Origin: Eledone cirrhosa
Taxonomy: Eukaryota
NCBI GenBank assembly: GCA_964016885.1
Contig: OZ024742.1
Location: 270,320,001-270,384,000 of the forward strand
Direction of reading: 5' to 3'
Length of the DNA: 64,000 nt
The notes beneath the pieces were generated by a model. It had not been told where the DNA came from and ran no database searches. It saw only the letters and a program-made list of their open reading frames with translations. The translations under genes and the position numbers were made by a program. Position 1 is the stretch's first letter; each line of letters opens with the position of its first letter. This document shows, in pieces, positions 25,802 through 42,407 of the stretch.

Positions 25802-28800
25802 CAAACATTCTTATTTTTCATAGAAGAATCTATACACCGTTAAGAAAGAAGCGAAGTACATGCAATTTCCTGTGCTCGGGTCCCAATGCAAAAGTCTATG
25901 CTAAATTATATTTTAGGTTTTAAAAACATCACTAGAATTTCTTGGCTGACAATTTCTAGTCCTTTCTTCTTCTTCAAAATCCAAAAAGAATATATTGTAG
26001 GATTTAGTTTCTTAAATATTTTTGATATCACATCTTATATTTAATTCTAATATCAATGTATTATTTTTATTACAACATCGCAATGACACATCGCATGTGT
26101 TTAATATATACTTGTATTACTTCTTTGTTTTACCTAGTGGTGGCTTACTTCGTTACAATACACAGACTCATGCACATACCAACCTCATTCATGTTTTCCA
26201 GATATTTTTCCCGTTTATTTTCTTAGTATGGAATTTAACACCAGCTATTGTTCTTATAAACTGTATAATTATTTTAAAACACTCATTATGTGTGTGTGCG
26301 TGCCTTTTCCTCTCTATGTATGTATATCTGATTATGATATTTCTTAGCAAGTCTTATAGAACTTCTCCTACTTACCACAGTTAGGTTACGCAGTTACATT
26401 TGCTTATCGTTTCACCAAGGTGAATTGTAAATTAAGGGCAGTTTACAAATACATAATTCTATCTTTAAAAAAATCTAAAAAAAAAAGTCGGCTGTGACTT
26501 TATTTTTGTTGACGTTGTTGTTGGGGTGTGAATTGAAGAACTCGGTTAAACATAATTGGTTATCTTAATACAGGGATAGATAAATCAAGTAGGGTTAGTT
26601 AAAGCAACACAACACTCAGTCAACTGAGTAAGCTTTGTAATCATGCCAGAAATCATCATTATTATATTATATTTAGTTCAAATTTCATCGCTTTTTATCC
26701 TTCAGTGATGAATATAATATCAGGTCCGTAGTGAGGTTGATGTAATCGCATCACATTTTTTAATTTGTTCCTAAGTTAGAAATTATTATTATTGTAATAG
26801 TTTAGCAGAGTCAGTGGTGCGTCGGACACGATGCCTTATGGAATTTGTTCCGGCTCTTTATATACTGGGTGTAATTTCTATCATGGACTGTAAACTACCA
26901 ATAAAGTACTGAGATGATTTATTAGACATTCTATTCCCCCGAAAGTGCTGGCTTTGTGGCTAAATTGGAAACAGTTATTTATGAGATTTGTGTTGTTTCG
27001 TTCGAGGTGAAGCTTCAATTAAGAAACATGCCATCAAATGAAATCCATTCATAACCGCCTTAAGCCGAGGTGATGTGATTTAAGGAAGATTTCGATTTCC
27101 TACAGGGCGAGCGACTACCTAGACTTTCTGCTTTCTTTGTTCTTGTTAGGACTATGTAGTGCCGGAATAAACGCTCAAAAATATTGCCGTACCGGATTAA
27201 ATGTATTTAGATATTTTATTTTTGTTTCTGTATGTTGTGGGTTCAAATCTTATGTGTGTCAGAACTGCAGTTACATATAAGGCTATTCATCATTAAATGC
27301 GATTAAACATTAATCTAACCGGGGTAGATTGGTTGTATACTAATCAACGTTGCCAATCCCCCTACATCTATCAACAAGTAGTAATTGTGCTGGAGAGGGG
27401 CCGGTATTTGTGTCACAATTGGCAGTACTTTAAATTGAATATTTTGTAATATTCCCTTTATGTCACTTTATGTTCGGAGTTCAAATCACTGTGAGTCTAT
27501 TTTGCCGTTTTTAAAGTCTCATCTAATTAGTTAATGTACCAGGCAGAGATTAGGCCGGACTAAATGTCACATAGCACTTTTCCAAAACCAAATTCGAAAT
27601 GTGCTAAAATACGAAATAAATTGATTTGTTATCGTTGATCGTTAGTGCTGAATGTTCTGTAGGTCTAGGCCATCTCTAATTACACAGACCTGTGATCTAA
27701 GTTTTCCAGTGATGACCATTCCATCTTCACACTCAGGCATATTTTTCTAATGTTTTAATCATATTTGGAGAGAGCTCGGGTGACTTATGGCATTTTTTCG
27801 CAGCTATTTGTAGTATGTAGAAGCACCAAAGCAAGGCTTTCTCGTTTGCTCGATATTTACTGTTGTAGTTGACTGTGTATACTTTAATGTGAGAATGAAT
27901 ATATCGCTCTTCCCTCTCTCTGTGTTTTTGTGTGTGTTGTGTGCGTATGTGTGTGACCGCCTGTCAACATGCTATTGCCATAGCAAAAATAGCTGCAGCC
28001 CCTATCTATATATTTGCGTGAATCCGATATTTGTTTTGATAGAGTTTTTAAAACCATTTCATTTCACACATAGCGATTCCATCTATAAACACGTAAAAAC
28101 ACTATTTATTATAACCTAGCTCTAAATATATTTGGAGTATGAAATCTATTTTAAATGCAATAGATATAGATACTTCAATACCCCAAGTAGTCTAATATAG
28201 GAGTCAATTTGTTTAATTTGTTTCTATTCCATTTTATTAAACCCCCAAAATGCATTAATATCATATTTCATTTAACAGTAATACGGGAAACCTCATCTTC
28301 TATAATATCAACTTTAGATAAATCATTGATAATATAGGGATATCTTACACATAGGACGATTTAAACTATCATATTCACTGCCTTAGAGTTTCTAATTATA
28401 ATACCAGGATGGACAAATATATCATTCTTCATTCAGAGGTAAATGAGGACCGTGTTTTAAACTATCTATTGTGTTCATCTCTTAATCCCATAGTAAATTG
28501 GTCTTATCTCTTTTAAAATACAATATATAATATAATCATTATTATCACAATATTTGTGCTTTCATGTTTGATTCTGTTTTATATATTTTATTATTTTGTA
28601 ATATTTATACTATTTCGTTAGGAAGGGGAGGGTTGTGACGAAAGTTCATTCCAGGACTTCTGAGGCTGATAAGTGGAAAATAGAGACCTAGTTCGAATGC
28701 TTGTAAAAGAGTGGTCGCAGTTTAATACAACCGAGTTCCAATGGTATTAACTCAAATAACGAATATACTATGGCACACCTCAGCATCGTTATGGTAAACA

Positions 28801-29310
28801 CTAGGAAACCTGTGTAGTTTACTGGTCAACATATGACATTCACCCTCAGACATTTTTTTTATTGATAATTTGAAGAACTTAGTAATTATTGTTATTCGAT
28901 AAGGAAGAATGGTTAGTGATATAAATGAGATAGAATTTGAAGTAATATCAATTGGATTTTACTTCCATTGTAATATGTTCTGTGTTCAAATCTTCGAATA
29001 CTTATTAAGCAAGGTACACTATTAATTTAACAGTTCCACTATATATGTTCTGCATATTATGTTGATTTCAGAAATTATCGTTTTTAGCATTGAAATATTG
29101 ACACATATGCGCATGAGAGTGGAACATCAGCCTAACATATGAGCAAGATATACCCTTCTTAAAAATCATAAAGGAACAACTTTTTTTTTTAAATGACATA
29201 TTTATCTATTTCATAAGAAGAGAATATTATTATGGATGGAATGATATGTGCTTAATGAATAATGACACGAACATAATGAATACAACGACATCGTAGAGTA
29301 TTCAGATTTG

Positions 29311-29422
29311 TCATTCGGTGATTTGAGTCAAAATCAAACTGGATGGCGTTGCAATTCTGCCCTGTTCTAAATCACTGTAGAATCCACTAAAACTACCTGA
29401 ACGAACCCATCCAAATATCACC
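29311..29422 (-). CDS. Possible terminal coding exon of an unidentified gene (VIFGWVRSGSFSGFYSDLEQGRIATPSSLILTQITE*)
   Basis: Unique, GC-richer island; acceptor-like TATTTTCACAAACAG followed by 36 open codons and TGA. No family recognised. Confidence 0.2.
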
Positions 29423-30858
29423 CTGTTTGTGAAAATATATTATCATGGTTGAAGTAATAACGGGCCTATATGCATTAAAATATACAGATGTTTACGATCT
29501 GGATGTTTGAATCTTCCTAGAGTAAGAGGAATTAAAACAGACCGCAAATCATATACTCAGGTTAAAGTATCACATTCTACCACATTATGTCACCAGCATG
29601 TTAAACTCTAAAGTAAGAACTTATAGTAATCAGAAGTATGAGAGACGAATAACATAAAATAATTCATTCTTATTTGTATCACCACTGGTGAACAATAGCG
29701 TCATTGGTAACAGATTCGAAATGGACCAATCACTGGTCCAATGCATTTCTAACGATTATAGTGACAAGGAAGTTATTGTACATCGATACGAAACAATCAT
29801 GTCAAGAACGTTATTCAGTTAAACACTACTTTCTCTGTATGTCATGTTATATAAATGTGCATGTTATGGCACAGTGTTTACGATAACTAAATTCAGCATA
29901 GCTTTTTATTTATTCCTCTGCTGTATATATACTATATTATAATAAGGAACTATGATACATTCGTTCATTCGGCTCTATTCACTCGTTGAAGAATATTGTA
30001 TTTATCATTATTATTAATATATAATCAAACAGCGTAGATACCAGAACCGGTAGAACGCTGGATAAAATTGATTATGGTATAAGGTATCATTTGCGGTCAA
30101 TTTGTACAGAGGTTAGTCAGTATTTCCCATTCCAAAGCTAGTGGATATGCTAATATAATCACGAATATCAAAACACCAAAGATGATAACGATCAACTGGC
30201 CTTTTTCTAACTTGAACATACTTCTTTCTATTGTCATGTGATCAATACTTAACCGGTAAATGGTAGGGCGAATTGGCATGTAGGATTTACTAACAAGATT
30301 TTACGTTCGCATTTCAAACCATTCCAGAATCAACTTAACGTTTTAGTATCTCAGAATACTTAAAATAGTGACACATTAGAAAATTGGAATAGAAAGTACC
30401 GGTCGTAGCCCCTTCACCAGAGAAACGGCCTTACGTATAAGTTTGAACTTATATCAAGAGCACTACATCAATTGCAAGTCAGAAACAAGGCGTCATGCAA
30501 GATGTCTTATGGTTTTTCGACTAAACCATGCATATACTTACATGATAAAATATATCAGCCAGTGCATTGGAAAGATTCAAGATTATTTGCAACTTGAAAA
30601 AAATAAAAACTTTTTATTATAAATACTTTTTTACTACTTTAGCATGTCCAATCGACTGGCTGACCCCAGGTTCGGACATCGCAATCATCACTAAATCTGG
30701 TATCGCCATATTTCCAGAGATTGGCGGAAATTGATGTAAGAAAGAAGGTGTCACTGCAGCACTTGTTTGTACATCACCTGGGATCTTGGTTAGCAGAATT
30801 GTGAAGATGCTTCTTCACAACATCTATAACCCAACCATCTAGATTTTCCAGATTTTTT

Positions 30859-30909
<51 letters not shown>

Positions 30910-31735
30910 CTGTATATATATATTTATATATAAAAAATACATGCAAACACACACACATATATAAATATATATATATATGTATATACTCAAACATTCATAT
31001 ATGTATGCGTATATATAAATATGCATATATATACATGGATATAATTATCTCTACCTATATGACTATATTAATATGCTAGCTAGGTGCGTAACTACAAATA
31101 TAGGTTACGTGCCTTTCGAAGAACTCAACGCTCTTATGGGATCCGTCTCGTGATGGGTTGTATAACATAGTTAAATACGTTGGAGTATATGTAGAATTGT
31201 ATTCGCATATTACGATTGTTTCAATATCGAAAAATGCATGTTCCATTCATCAAACCGGGTCGCCACTCTTCTTCGTCATCTCAGATATGGGAATATATAT
31301 GCAAATACTTATCCAAACTATTTTTCTATTTCTATTTCTATCACCACTGGTATTATATGAAAATATGAAATAGATAGATACATAGGGGAAACGGAAGGAA
31401 CCGAAAAAAACACTCGAGAAATAGGACGTGTTTATTCAGTCAGTCATTATATAGATACAAGCATATATGTATATATGTTAATAATTTCATATTCAGATAT
31501 AATATTATATATTGACACATTACAATGGGTAATTCAACTTAACCGCTTCATTTTATAACGTGAACTATTTTGCTCTAAAGCAAAACACTCTCATCCCGAA
31601 TTTAATAGCAGTTTCTAATTGCTTAATTATTTTTTAGGAAACACTCAAACACACACACACAAACAGACGCGCGCGCACACATTGTATTTCACGTCACCGA
31701 AGACGCTTCGTTCTCGGGGACGCATGGAAGATAAG

Positions 31736-31817
<82 letters not shown>

Positions 31818-32073
31818 GGAGAGAAGCTGAGAATAAGACCTATCTCTCTGTATCTGGCCTGAGTGCGTGTGCTTCTGCGTGTGTCTATATATTCTTGTAT
31901 AAAAAATCAAATCCACTAATTTCGAAAATGATATAGTTTACTACTTTTCTATGTAAACTAAGTTACTACTATCCAAAGTATCGAGTACTCATCAAGAAGC
32001 CCATGATGACTTCTCCCGAATGAATCATTTGTAGTCCTGTAGAAGCTTTTCCTCTATTAAATCTCTCACTCTC

Positions 32074-32189
<116 letters not shown>

Positions 32190-32418
32190 TATAATAAATT
32201 TGAAGACTAAAATCCAAAGAGGGCTCGATAAGGATAAATATGTAACAAATATATAAGAACGGTAGAGCAAATATTTATTAAAATAACAGATTAAATTTTA
32301 AGAAAAGAATCGCTACTTGGACCCTTAACGGATCTTCTGAAATTGAAATTGAGTTTCAGAAGATCCCGTTAAGGCTGAAAGCAGCGATTCTTTGCTTTAA
32401 CTTTAATCTGTTATTTTA

Positions 32419-32426
<8 letters not shown>
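32190..32426. mobile_element. Microsatellite-embedded element forming a ~72-bp-arm hairpin (32271-32342 / 32354-32426); related pieces at ~34130-34200, ~34562-34670 and ~47882-47998
   Basis: GAAGACTAAAATCCAAAGAGGGCTCGATAAGGATAA-like block recurs three times next to microsatellite runs; the arms are reverse complements with few mismatches. Confidence 0.7.
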
Positions 32427-32479
<53 letters not shown>

Positions 32480-32535
32480 CATACATACACACACACACAC
32501 ATATAGAAATATATATACATATACATACAAGCCCT

Positions 32536-32572
<37 letters not shown>

Positions 32573-32578
32573 CATGTG

Positions 32579-32658
<80 letters not shown>

Positions 32659-32676
32659 CATACAAAGCATACATAC

Positions 32677-32731
<55 letters not shown>

Positions 32732-32755
32732 TATATACATACATATATATATATT

Positions 32756-33035
32756 ATTAATATTATTGTCGTCATTACGAAATGAAATGTGATACTACAA
32801 TGAAGACATAACACGGAGAACCAGAGGGACTGGTATTTCGTTGAACGAACTTAACTCATTCAAATTGAAGTGTCTCGCCGAAAAAAGCTGTGGAAGTAAA
32901 GTACACTCAACGAAATACGCGTTTCAGTGGTTCTCAGTCGTATATCTACAATGCAGTATTATTTTAGTAATATATTAAAAACTCGCACCAACACCTGTGT
33001 GCTCTACATATTGGATATGTTCATGTAAATAGTAC

Positions 33036-33040
<5 letters not shown>
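32756..33040. mobile_element. pLTR-like fragment with diverged inverted repeat 32816-32935 between (TA)n runs
   Basis: GAGAACC..GTATTTCGTTGA versus TCAACGAAATACGCGTTTCAGTGGTTCTC. Confidence 0.5.
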
Positions 33041-33131
<91 letters not shown>

Positions 33132-33175
33132 TGACAAAACATAACTCAATTGCATGAACCCATAATCCTTTATTT

Positions 33176-33231
33176 ACTGCTATATATATTTCGATGATAG
33201 CCATTGAATGGCTATGACCTCATCAGACAGT
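33176..33231 (-). ncRNA. Type I minimal hammerhead ribozyme in a ~150-bp insert between (TA)n runs
   Basis: Minus strand: ACTGT-CTGATGA-GGTC ATAGCCA ttcaa TGGCTAT CATC-GAAA-TATATA-TA-GCAGT, followed by AATAAA. Confidence 0.85.
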
Positions 33232-33273
33232 TAGTCAGTTATTAGATATGCCAGCTCTGTGTTTATAGTGTTG

Positions 33274-33340
<67 letters not shown>

Positions 33341-33725
33341 TACTCTGGGGGGCAGGGTCTAAAAATATTGGTTGCCAGGAGATAAAGGTGTCCACCCCGC
33401 ATAGAAAGCTATCATTTAAGTTTTCTAATGAATAAACAACTTTTTCAAAACATACATAACTGAACAGTAAACAATCAAATCAAATTTTTTAGGAGAAAAG
33501 TGTATTATTTAATAAATTTTAGTGTAAATATAATGTACATATTACTGGCTGTATACAGTTATACTAAATGTTAGTACAAAATGTTATGATTGAATTTTTA
33601 CATAATAGTTAATGTATATTATATTATTATTTAGAGTAGCGTATGCCAGAGACCGTTCTTATCTTCTCCATTAAAAAAGAAATATAAAAATACGTGTGAA
33701 ATATACAAATCCAGAGACTTTCAAT

Positions 33726-35525
<1,800 letters not shown>

Positions 35526-35624
35526 ATAAGGAACAATCGACTTTCGTCGAATCGGACCGAGGAAACGATGTTTCCGTTGGTCTTTCCAATTGCTAATACT
35601 ATCCATCGGTCGCAACTCAAGGTA

Positions 35625-35742
35625 GAAGGAGCAACATGAAATAAAGTGTCTTGCTCAAGGACATAACGCATTGCCTAGTCCAGGAATCGAACTCACAACC
35701 TCACGATTGCGAATCCAATTCTGTAACCACTCAGCAACACGC

Positions 35743-35747
<5 letters not shown>
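35625..35747 (-). mobile_element. tRNA-derived SINE, second family (5' part)
   Basis: Minus strand GTGGTTACAG..GAGTTCGATTCC (B box)..GTCCTTGAGCAAGACACTTTATTTCA; homologous to 45710-45988. Confidence 0.7.
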
Positions 35748-35816
<69 letters not shown>

Positions 35817-36293
35817 GCACTGATACATACACACACACGAGCATATATATACATATATGCGTGCGTGTGTCAATCAATGTATGTATGTATGCATGAATGA
35901 ATACAATAAGCTAGACAACCAGTGGTTCGAAATGCTATCAAGAGCATATATTTTGGTTTGTATTAATTCCCCGGGGAATTGTTTGACTAAATAATTTGCT
36001 TATTTCTTTGTTTATCAAAAAAAGAAATTTGTCTTTCTCTTAGACATTTTTTTAAAGACATTTTTTGAAAGCGAAGTATTCGCACCTAAAATATTACAGT
36101 AGCTCCCTGTAATGTTACCGTGGATTCCTGCAATGCTACCGTGAGTCGACTGGTTCCCGCTTGACACTGGGTAACACGGCAAACTGACCTTTCCACCACT
36201 GAATATGTATGACAAAATTTAATATAGAATTGGCTTCAAAAGGACTAGAACTGTTTCATTAGATTGAACCTATGATTGACGCACACACGCACG

Positions 36294-36384
<91 letters not shown>

Positions 36385-36405
36385 GTATGTATGATAGTAT
36401 ATATA

Positions 36406-36491
<86 letters not shown>

Positions 36492-37453
36492 TGAATAGAT
36501 TGACAGAGACAGTTGATGCTTTTATATTAAAAGTGTATTACATGTAAGTTAGTGTAATGGTATGTGTTTCTGCGTGGTTCCAGAAACTAAAACTGTAAAT
36601 TTGAAACTGTTACTGACACTTTTGGATAGTAATATGTATAAATATAGGAGCATGGGATATTACCAGGCAACATGTTCAGCGTAGTTCCGGTTGGTTCTTA
36701 CCCAAGAATGTAATGAGTGTTATGATTTTATCATCATTTCCGTTCGGGGCCCAATTGAATCATTTAAATATTTGAAATTGTTATGAGGTTAACAGTCATT
36801 TAATCATTAGAGCTTTGTTAAAAATGCAAGTTAAGTGTAGTTGGAGAACGTATCCGCTGGGAACTTCGGAGAGGCGGTTAGCTCGGTGATACGAAATCAT
36901 ACACATATCTTACACCTACTATTATCAGATACGCTTTTGAAATATCGCCTATAATTCATGTCATTTTCGTCTATATTACCAGCTTTTTGGGCCCCCGAAT
37001 CTAGTAGTATAGGCGTTATCATTTTTTAGTGTCGTGGAGACGCTAAGTACTAAGTTTACCTGCGTCCCATAAGGCGCTCATTCTCATTATGAGGCTCCTT
37101 CTCATTATGAGGCAAGACATTTGAGTTTATAATGAAGTGCGAGCATTTTAGAAGGGAACACCAAGGGAAGAAGAAGTAATTTTAAATAATACACGCTACA
37201 TTGTTTGATGTTTGAATGTTGGCACATGCAGAGAAGAAAACAACTACTTTAGCTGATCGTGTTGCTGTTTTTATTGTTGTTGTTGTTTAGGGACAGGTGA
37301 GTCCGCATCAAATACATTGAAACCCATAAAAATATTTGACGTGGCGAAGCCAATCTACATTTTCAATGCAAACTTTCCTTCTTTTAGATAGTAGGTTATT
37401 CTAGACTGATGTAGCTGCTATTTCTAACATGCAGACTAACAACATAGAGACGC

Positions 37454-37503
<50 letters not shown>

Positions 37504-39033
37504 CAGCAGCAGCAGCAGTAGTAGCAGCAGCGGTAACTGTTGCGGTACTAGTAGGAAAAGTGGTGTAAATATAGCATTCTTTTGTCATGTATCGACTACT
37601 TGAAACCCTGCCAATCATCCAGTTGTTAAACATTACCATCAGCGTTATCATCATTACTATTATCTTCATTGTCATATTCCAAATAAGTAGACAACCATCT
37701 TCTCCATGAATCAATCATCGTCATCATTATCATCATCAAAATCAACAACTAATCCACCATCCTCTTCAAGATATCATTATCCCTTATCACTGCCATGGTC
37801 ACCATCGACATTACTATCTACCTTATTAAATCCACCACCATCACCACAGCCCACATTTTCGTAATCATCCCACAATGGTTGTAGCTGAAGTAGGTAGTTT
37901 GCTGAATTGAATGTATCTATAAGTTTATTAATGAATGGTATGGGTTTGAGTTCATGGCGAGTTGTTATTGAGTTACGATATTCTTTTCTACCCTTTTAAG
38001 CCAACCGTAATTTAAAGAAAGCATTATAACATCACTCTAAATATCATGCAGTTGTGCTACTTTAGGTTTAGCATATTTATACCACAAAATCAAATGTTTA
38101 CTTTCACTCTTGAGGGGGAGTTAATTACCAAATATTTGATCTAACAGAATGTGTCCCACCTTAAAAAATGGCAACCTTCCTATATGCGCACACCTTTACG
38201 TATCTGTATACTATGTATATTATCAATGTTGTTTGTTTTTGTTTCACTTGGCTTCATTGTAAACAGCCACGCTTTTTTCTAAACCGTCTTTGTAACGTCT
38301 GCATAACATTTGCCCTAATTGAAATAAAAAATCTCTTATTATCATTATTATTATTGTTGTTATTGTTGTTGCTGATTATGATGATGACAATGATTATGTT
38401 TGGGTGGAGGTTTGGCAGAATTGTTAAGGATGTCGAATAACGTCTCTCAAATGTTTTTTTGTTATTTTTCGGCTCTTTACATGTGGCTTTCATCATTTTG
38501 GAGTAAATAACCTACAACAGTAGTTACGATAAAATAGAATGTGACCTTCCCTATATTTTCAGGTATATTTCATTGCACGGGCTCTCCCAAAATTTCCCTT
38601 TATCCAGTTGGTTCATACGAGGCTATGGTAACTGTCTTTTGACGATTATACTATTCACTGAGATTGAACTTGGAACATTGCAGTTGTGAAGCCTATGTCA
38701 TATTCATTCGTTTATGCTAGATTCACACGGCTATAAGAAAACTATTAATTAGTGACTCAACAAAACCTCCCCTTATTCACCACTACTATCATTCTACCGT
38801 CTTCGGCAACACCGCCATAAACGCAAATACCATCAACAGCACAACACCATTACAGCAAACATCAACATCGCACCATGAAAAATGAACGTTCCAAATACAA
38901 ATCACCAATAGTCCCAACTCCACAAACAATAACATTAACAACGCCAATAATATAAATTTTAAAACATTTAAGTTATATCATAAATCACTATATAGTATGG
39001 TTTGTCTTTTCAATATGGCTCTATGCACATCAG

Positions 39034-39128
<95 letters not shown>

Positions 39129-39639
39129 GTATGTATATAAATATTTACATGTACGCGTTTGCGTGTGTATGTATGTGTGAGAATGTGTATGAATGTCTGC
39201 GTAAGTTTATATGTGCACGTGTGTGTTTTTGTTTCCCTCTAATAGTGGTTTAAATATTTTTGTGTTAATTTATGGAGATGCTTTTTATAAATAAAGTAGA
39301 ACAGTTAAGAGATCGGAATCGTATACACACATACGTGCATGCTTAAATATATTCCTTCGCCAGATGAGAAAGAATTACATATAGCGTTTTATAGGGACGT
39401 CTAAAATATTCGCTAAATGCACTTAAAAAATTCTTAATTGTTTTAAAGGTATTATTTCTCAGTGTCATGAGAACATGAATGGTTATGCTGACATACTTCC
39501 GTCCGATTTTCGTCCACAAAAATTTCCCTTACAAAAATGAAATACACTAATTTACAAGGGATATGAAGAAAAAGATTACATCTTAAAGTGACTTTAAAAC
39601 CACAATTACAAAAACAGCACCAACAACTACAATAATGAT

Positions 39640-40590
39640 AATAATTGTTTCTACTTTAGGCACAAGGCCAGCAATTACCCAGTTCATTACTGGTAATGGT
39701 TTCTTATATAGGCACAAAGCCAGCAATTTTGGGGGAGGGGAAAGTCGATTAAATCGACCCCAGTGTCTGACTGGTTCTTTATGTTTTCGAACATGTAAGG
39801 ATGAAACCCAAAGCTAACCTCGTAGCCATGTGAATGCAGGACGTAATGGGGCGTAACTATAGCGCAAAGCACCAAACCACCGCACCAATATTAATAATAA
39901 TAACAATAATGATAATAATAACAACAATAATAATAATAATGTTTCTACTTTTGGCACAAGGCCAACAATTACTCAGTGCATTACTTGTCCTTTATTTTCT
40001 CGACCCCTAAGTGTTATAGGCAAAATTAACCTCGGCGATTTAAACTCAGAACGTAAAGGGCCATAACTATATGTTGCAAAGTATGTGTCTGACGTTCTAC
40101 CGATACTTCCAAAATAATAATTATAATAATTATTATTTCTACTTTTGACACAAGGCCAGCAATTATCCCAGTGCATTACTGGTACTTTATTTCATCAACC
40201 CCGTAAGGATGAAAGGCAAAGTTAACCTCGGCGGGATTTGAACTCAGACCATAAAATTATAATAATAATGATTTCTTTATTTATTTATTTTTAATAATTA
40301 TAATAATAATAATAGAAGTAATTGTAATAATTGTGATGATGATGACGATGATGATTTAATATAGTATTTGTCCACTGATATGAATTATATACCATTCAAT
40401 TTTTAAATACAAACATAATCGTATTATGTAACGCGTCAGACACGATACTTTACAACATAGAGATATTGCCTTATACGTTCTGAGTTCAAAGTTAAAGTTG
40501 CCTTTCATCCTTACGGGGCCGATAAAATAAAGCACAAGTAACGTACTGGGATAATTGCTGAACTTGTGCCAAAAGTAAAAATAATTATAA
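39640..40590. mobile_element. Cluster of Nin-domain SINEs: several minus-strand copies (39640-40252) and one plus-strand copy (~40430-40590)
   Basis: Repeated SINE consensus separated by (AAT)n; the plus copy reads GTTCTGAGTTCAAA..GCCTTTCATCCTTACGGGGCCGATAAAATAAAG. Confidence 0.75.
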
Positions 40591-42407
40591 TGTTGGTTTG
40601 GAAATACTGTTTGAGTAGGAAAACAAATTATATAAAAAAGTTCATATGATGAAAGATGCTCTACAATGAATATTGTAAAACAACTTTTAAATATGCAAAA
40701 GAAACCATGAAAGATACATGAAATAATTTGTAGTCATAAAATGACAAGATTACACTACTAGCACATCAGTTGGAAGCAACCCACTATGTTAATCAGAGAA
40801 CCCACGCTTTAGAAAATGACGCATATCGTTTCATAACCACTATCGCTCTCGTGTAGACGAATGCTGTCTCGGTCTACTTATTAGTGGACACATGAAAATC
40901 AACCTTAGGTTTGGATAGACTTAAGTAGTTTATATATGTATTCTTCCCGTGGTTTGCTGAAAGGTTCTGGCTGAGAGTCGACCATTCATTTGTTCGCTAA
41001 GCGAAATGTCCCACATCTGCATTTCTCTCATTTGGATCTATATTCATAAACTATGGGAAACAATTTAAGTTAAGAAAGTACGTGCGTATATGTGTATGGG
41101 ATTTTGTTATTCTTGATGTTGTATTCTTGTCAACGCTCTTGTATCACGTGAAAAACACTCATTCATTTTCTCTCAATGGAAAAGAATTGTGCTCAACAAT
41201 ATTACTCTCTGTTATTTTTGGCGGGGTTACGGTGGTGGATTAGTAGAATCGTTAGAGCATCGGACAACATTCTTTGCAGCATTTAATTACTACGTATGTT
41301 CCGAGTTGAAATCAAACTGATTGTATTTCGTTATTCCGGTGTTCTTTAATATAAGTTACCAGTTAATTAATAGGGTATATATAATCGACTCTACTACTCT
41401 TCACCAAAAATTGCTGGCCTTGTACCTAAATGAGAAATCATTATACTGTTTTTGTATTATTTTATTCTTTGACATTTTTCTAATTGTAAGCTATTTTTTC
41501 TATGTTTAGTGGCTTTCCTTCATGAGGGAAAACTCATTTAACAGTTCGAACACAACTTCTTCAAAGTTCAATATACGTAGAACATCATCCGAAATGGAAA
41601 TGATTTCAGTTAATAGTTCATGATCCATTTCTTAATATGTATCTACCAGGTAAAATCCATGTTTATCTCGACGAAAATCGAACACAGAATGTTAAACGTC
41701 GGAACACATGTCATAAGCAATTTTGTCTGTTGCTGAAACAATTTTTCAAATATGTCGCTCTGAAAAAAAGAAAACCGCAGCAACAACATAATTAACTGAA
41801 TAAATAATGTTATGATAATCATTTTTATGTTACTTACGAAGGCAACATATGAAGAGACAAAAATCCGAATGGTGAAATTGTCAGATGATGTACAACATTG
41901 TATAAACGATTTATTCAACCATATATGCATCCACTCACCAAGTAACATTCAAGCATATAACATATTACTTATGAGAATGTAGTACATATATTATCAGTCA
42001 GCACCAGGTACTTATCATTACCGACGCACGACTCCCCTATTACGGATACGGTACATGATATCATCAACAGGTATCTCATATAATACCTACCACCGCGTGG
42101 TACGTAATACGAACCCATGGAAATTATCCCGTCTTGCTGTGACATGATTGTAAACATATATATGTCTTTAGAATACCAGGAATTTCTCTCCAGTTAAGTG
42201 GACTGAAACAAATGGAAATGAGCATATTTCGGTTATACATTTATCGTACCATCGAGAATCGACGTAAATATATTTAACATCGTGTATTAAACGCGCTAAT
42301 CACTAAGCCGAACGTCTTCATTCTCAACGTGGTACAGATCATCGCAATAATGTCAACGGATTTTAGATATTTCATCTGTCATCATGTTTAAAATGATTCA
42401 TTCCTTA

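Noticed and set aside
28220-28720. Very decayed PLE linker/EN remnant (similar hint at ~12300-12650, minus)
   Set aside because: Only scattered motif fragments (KLSYS-like); too weak to call by eye.
30097-30279. 60-aa ORF with a hydrophobic stretch
   Set aside because: Flanked by decayed SINE sequence, with no splice signals or homology recognised.
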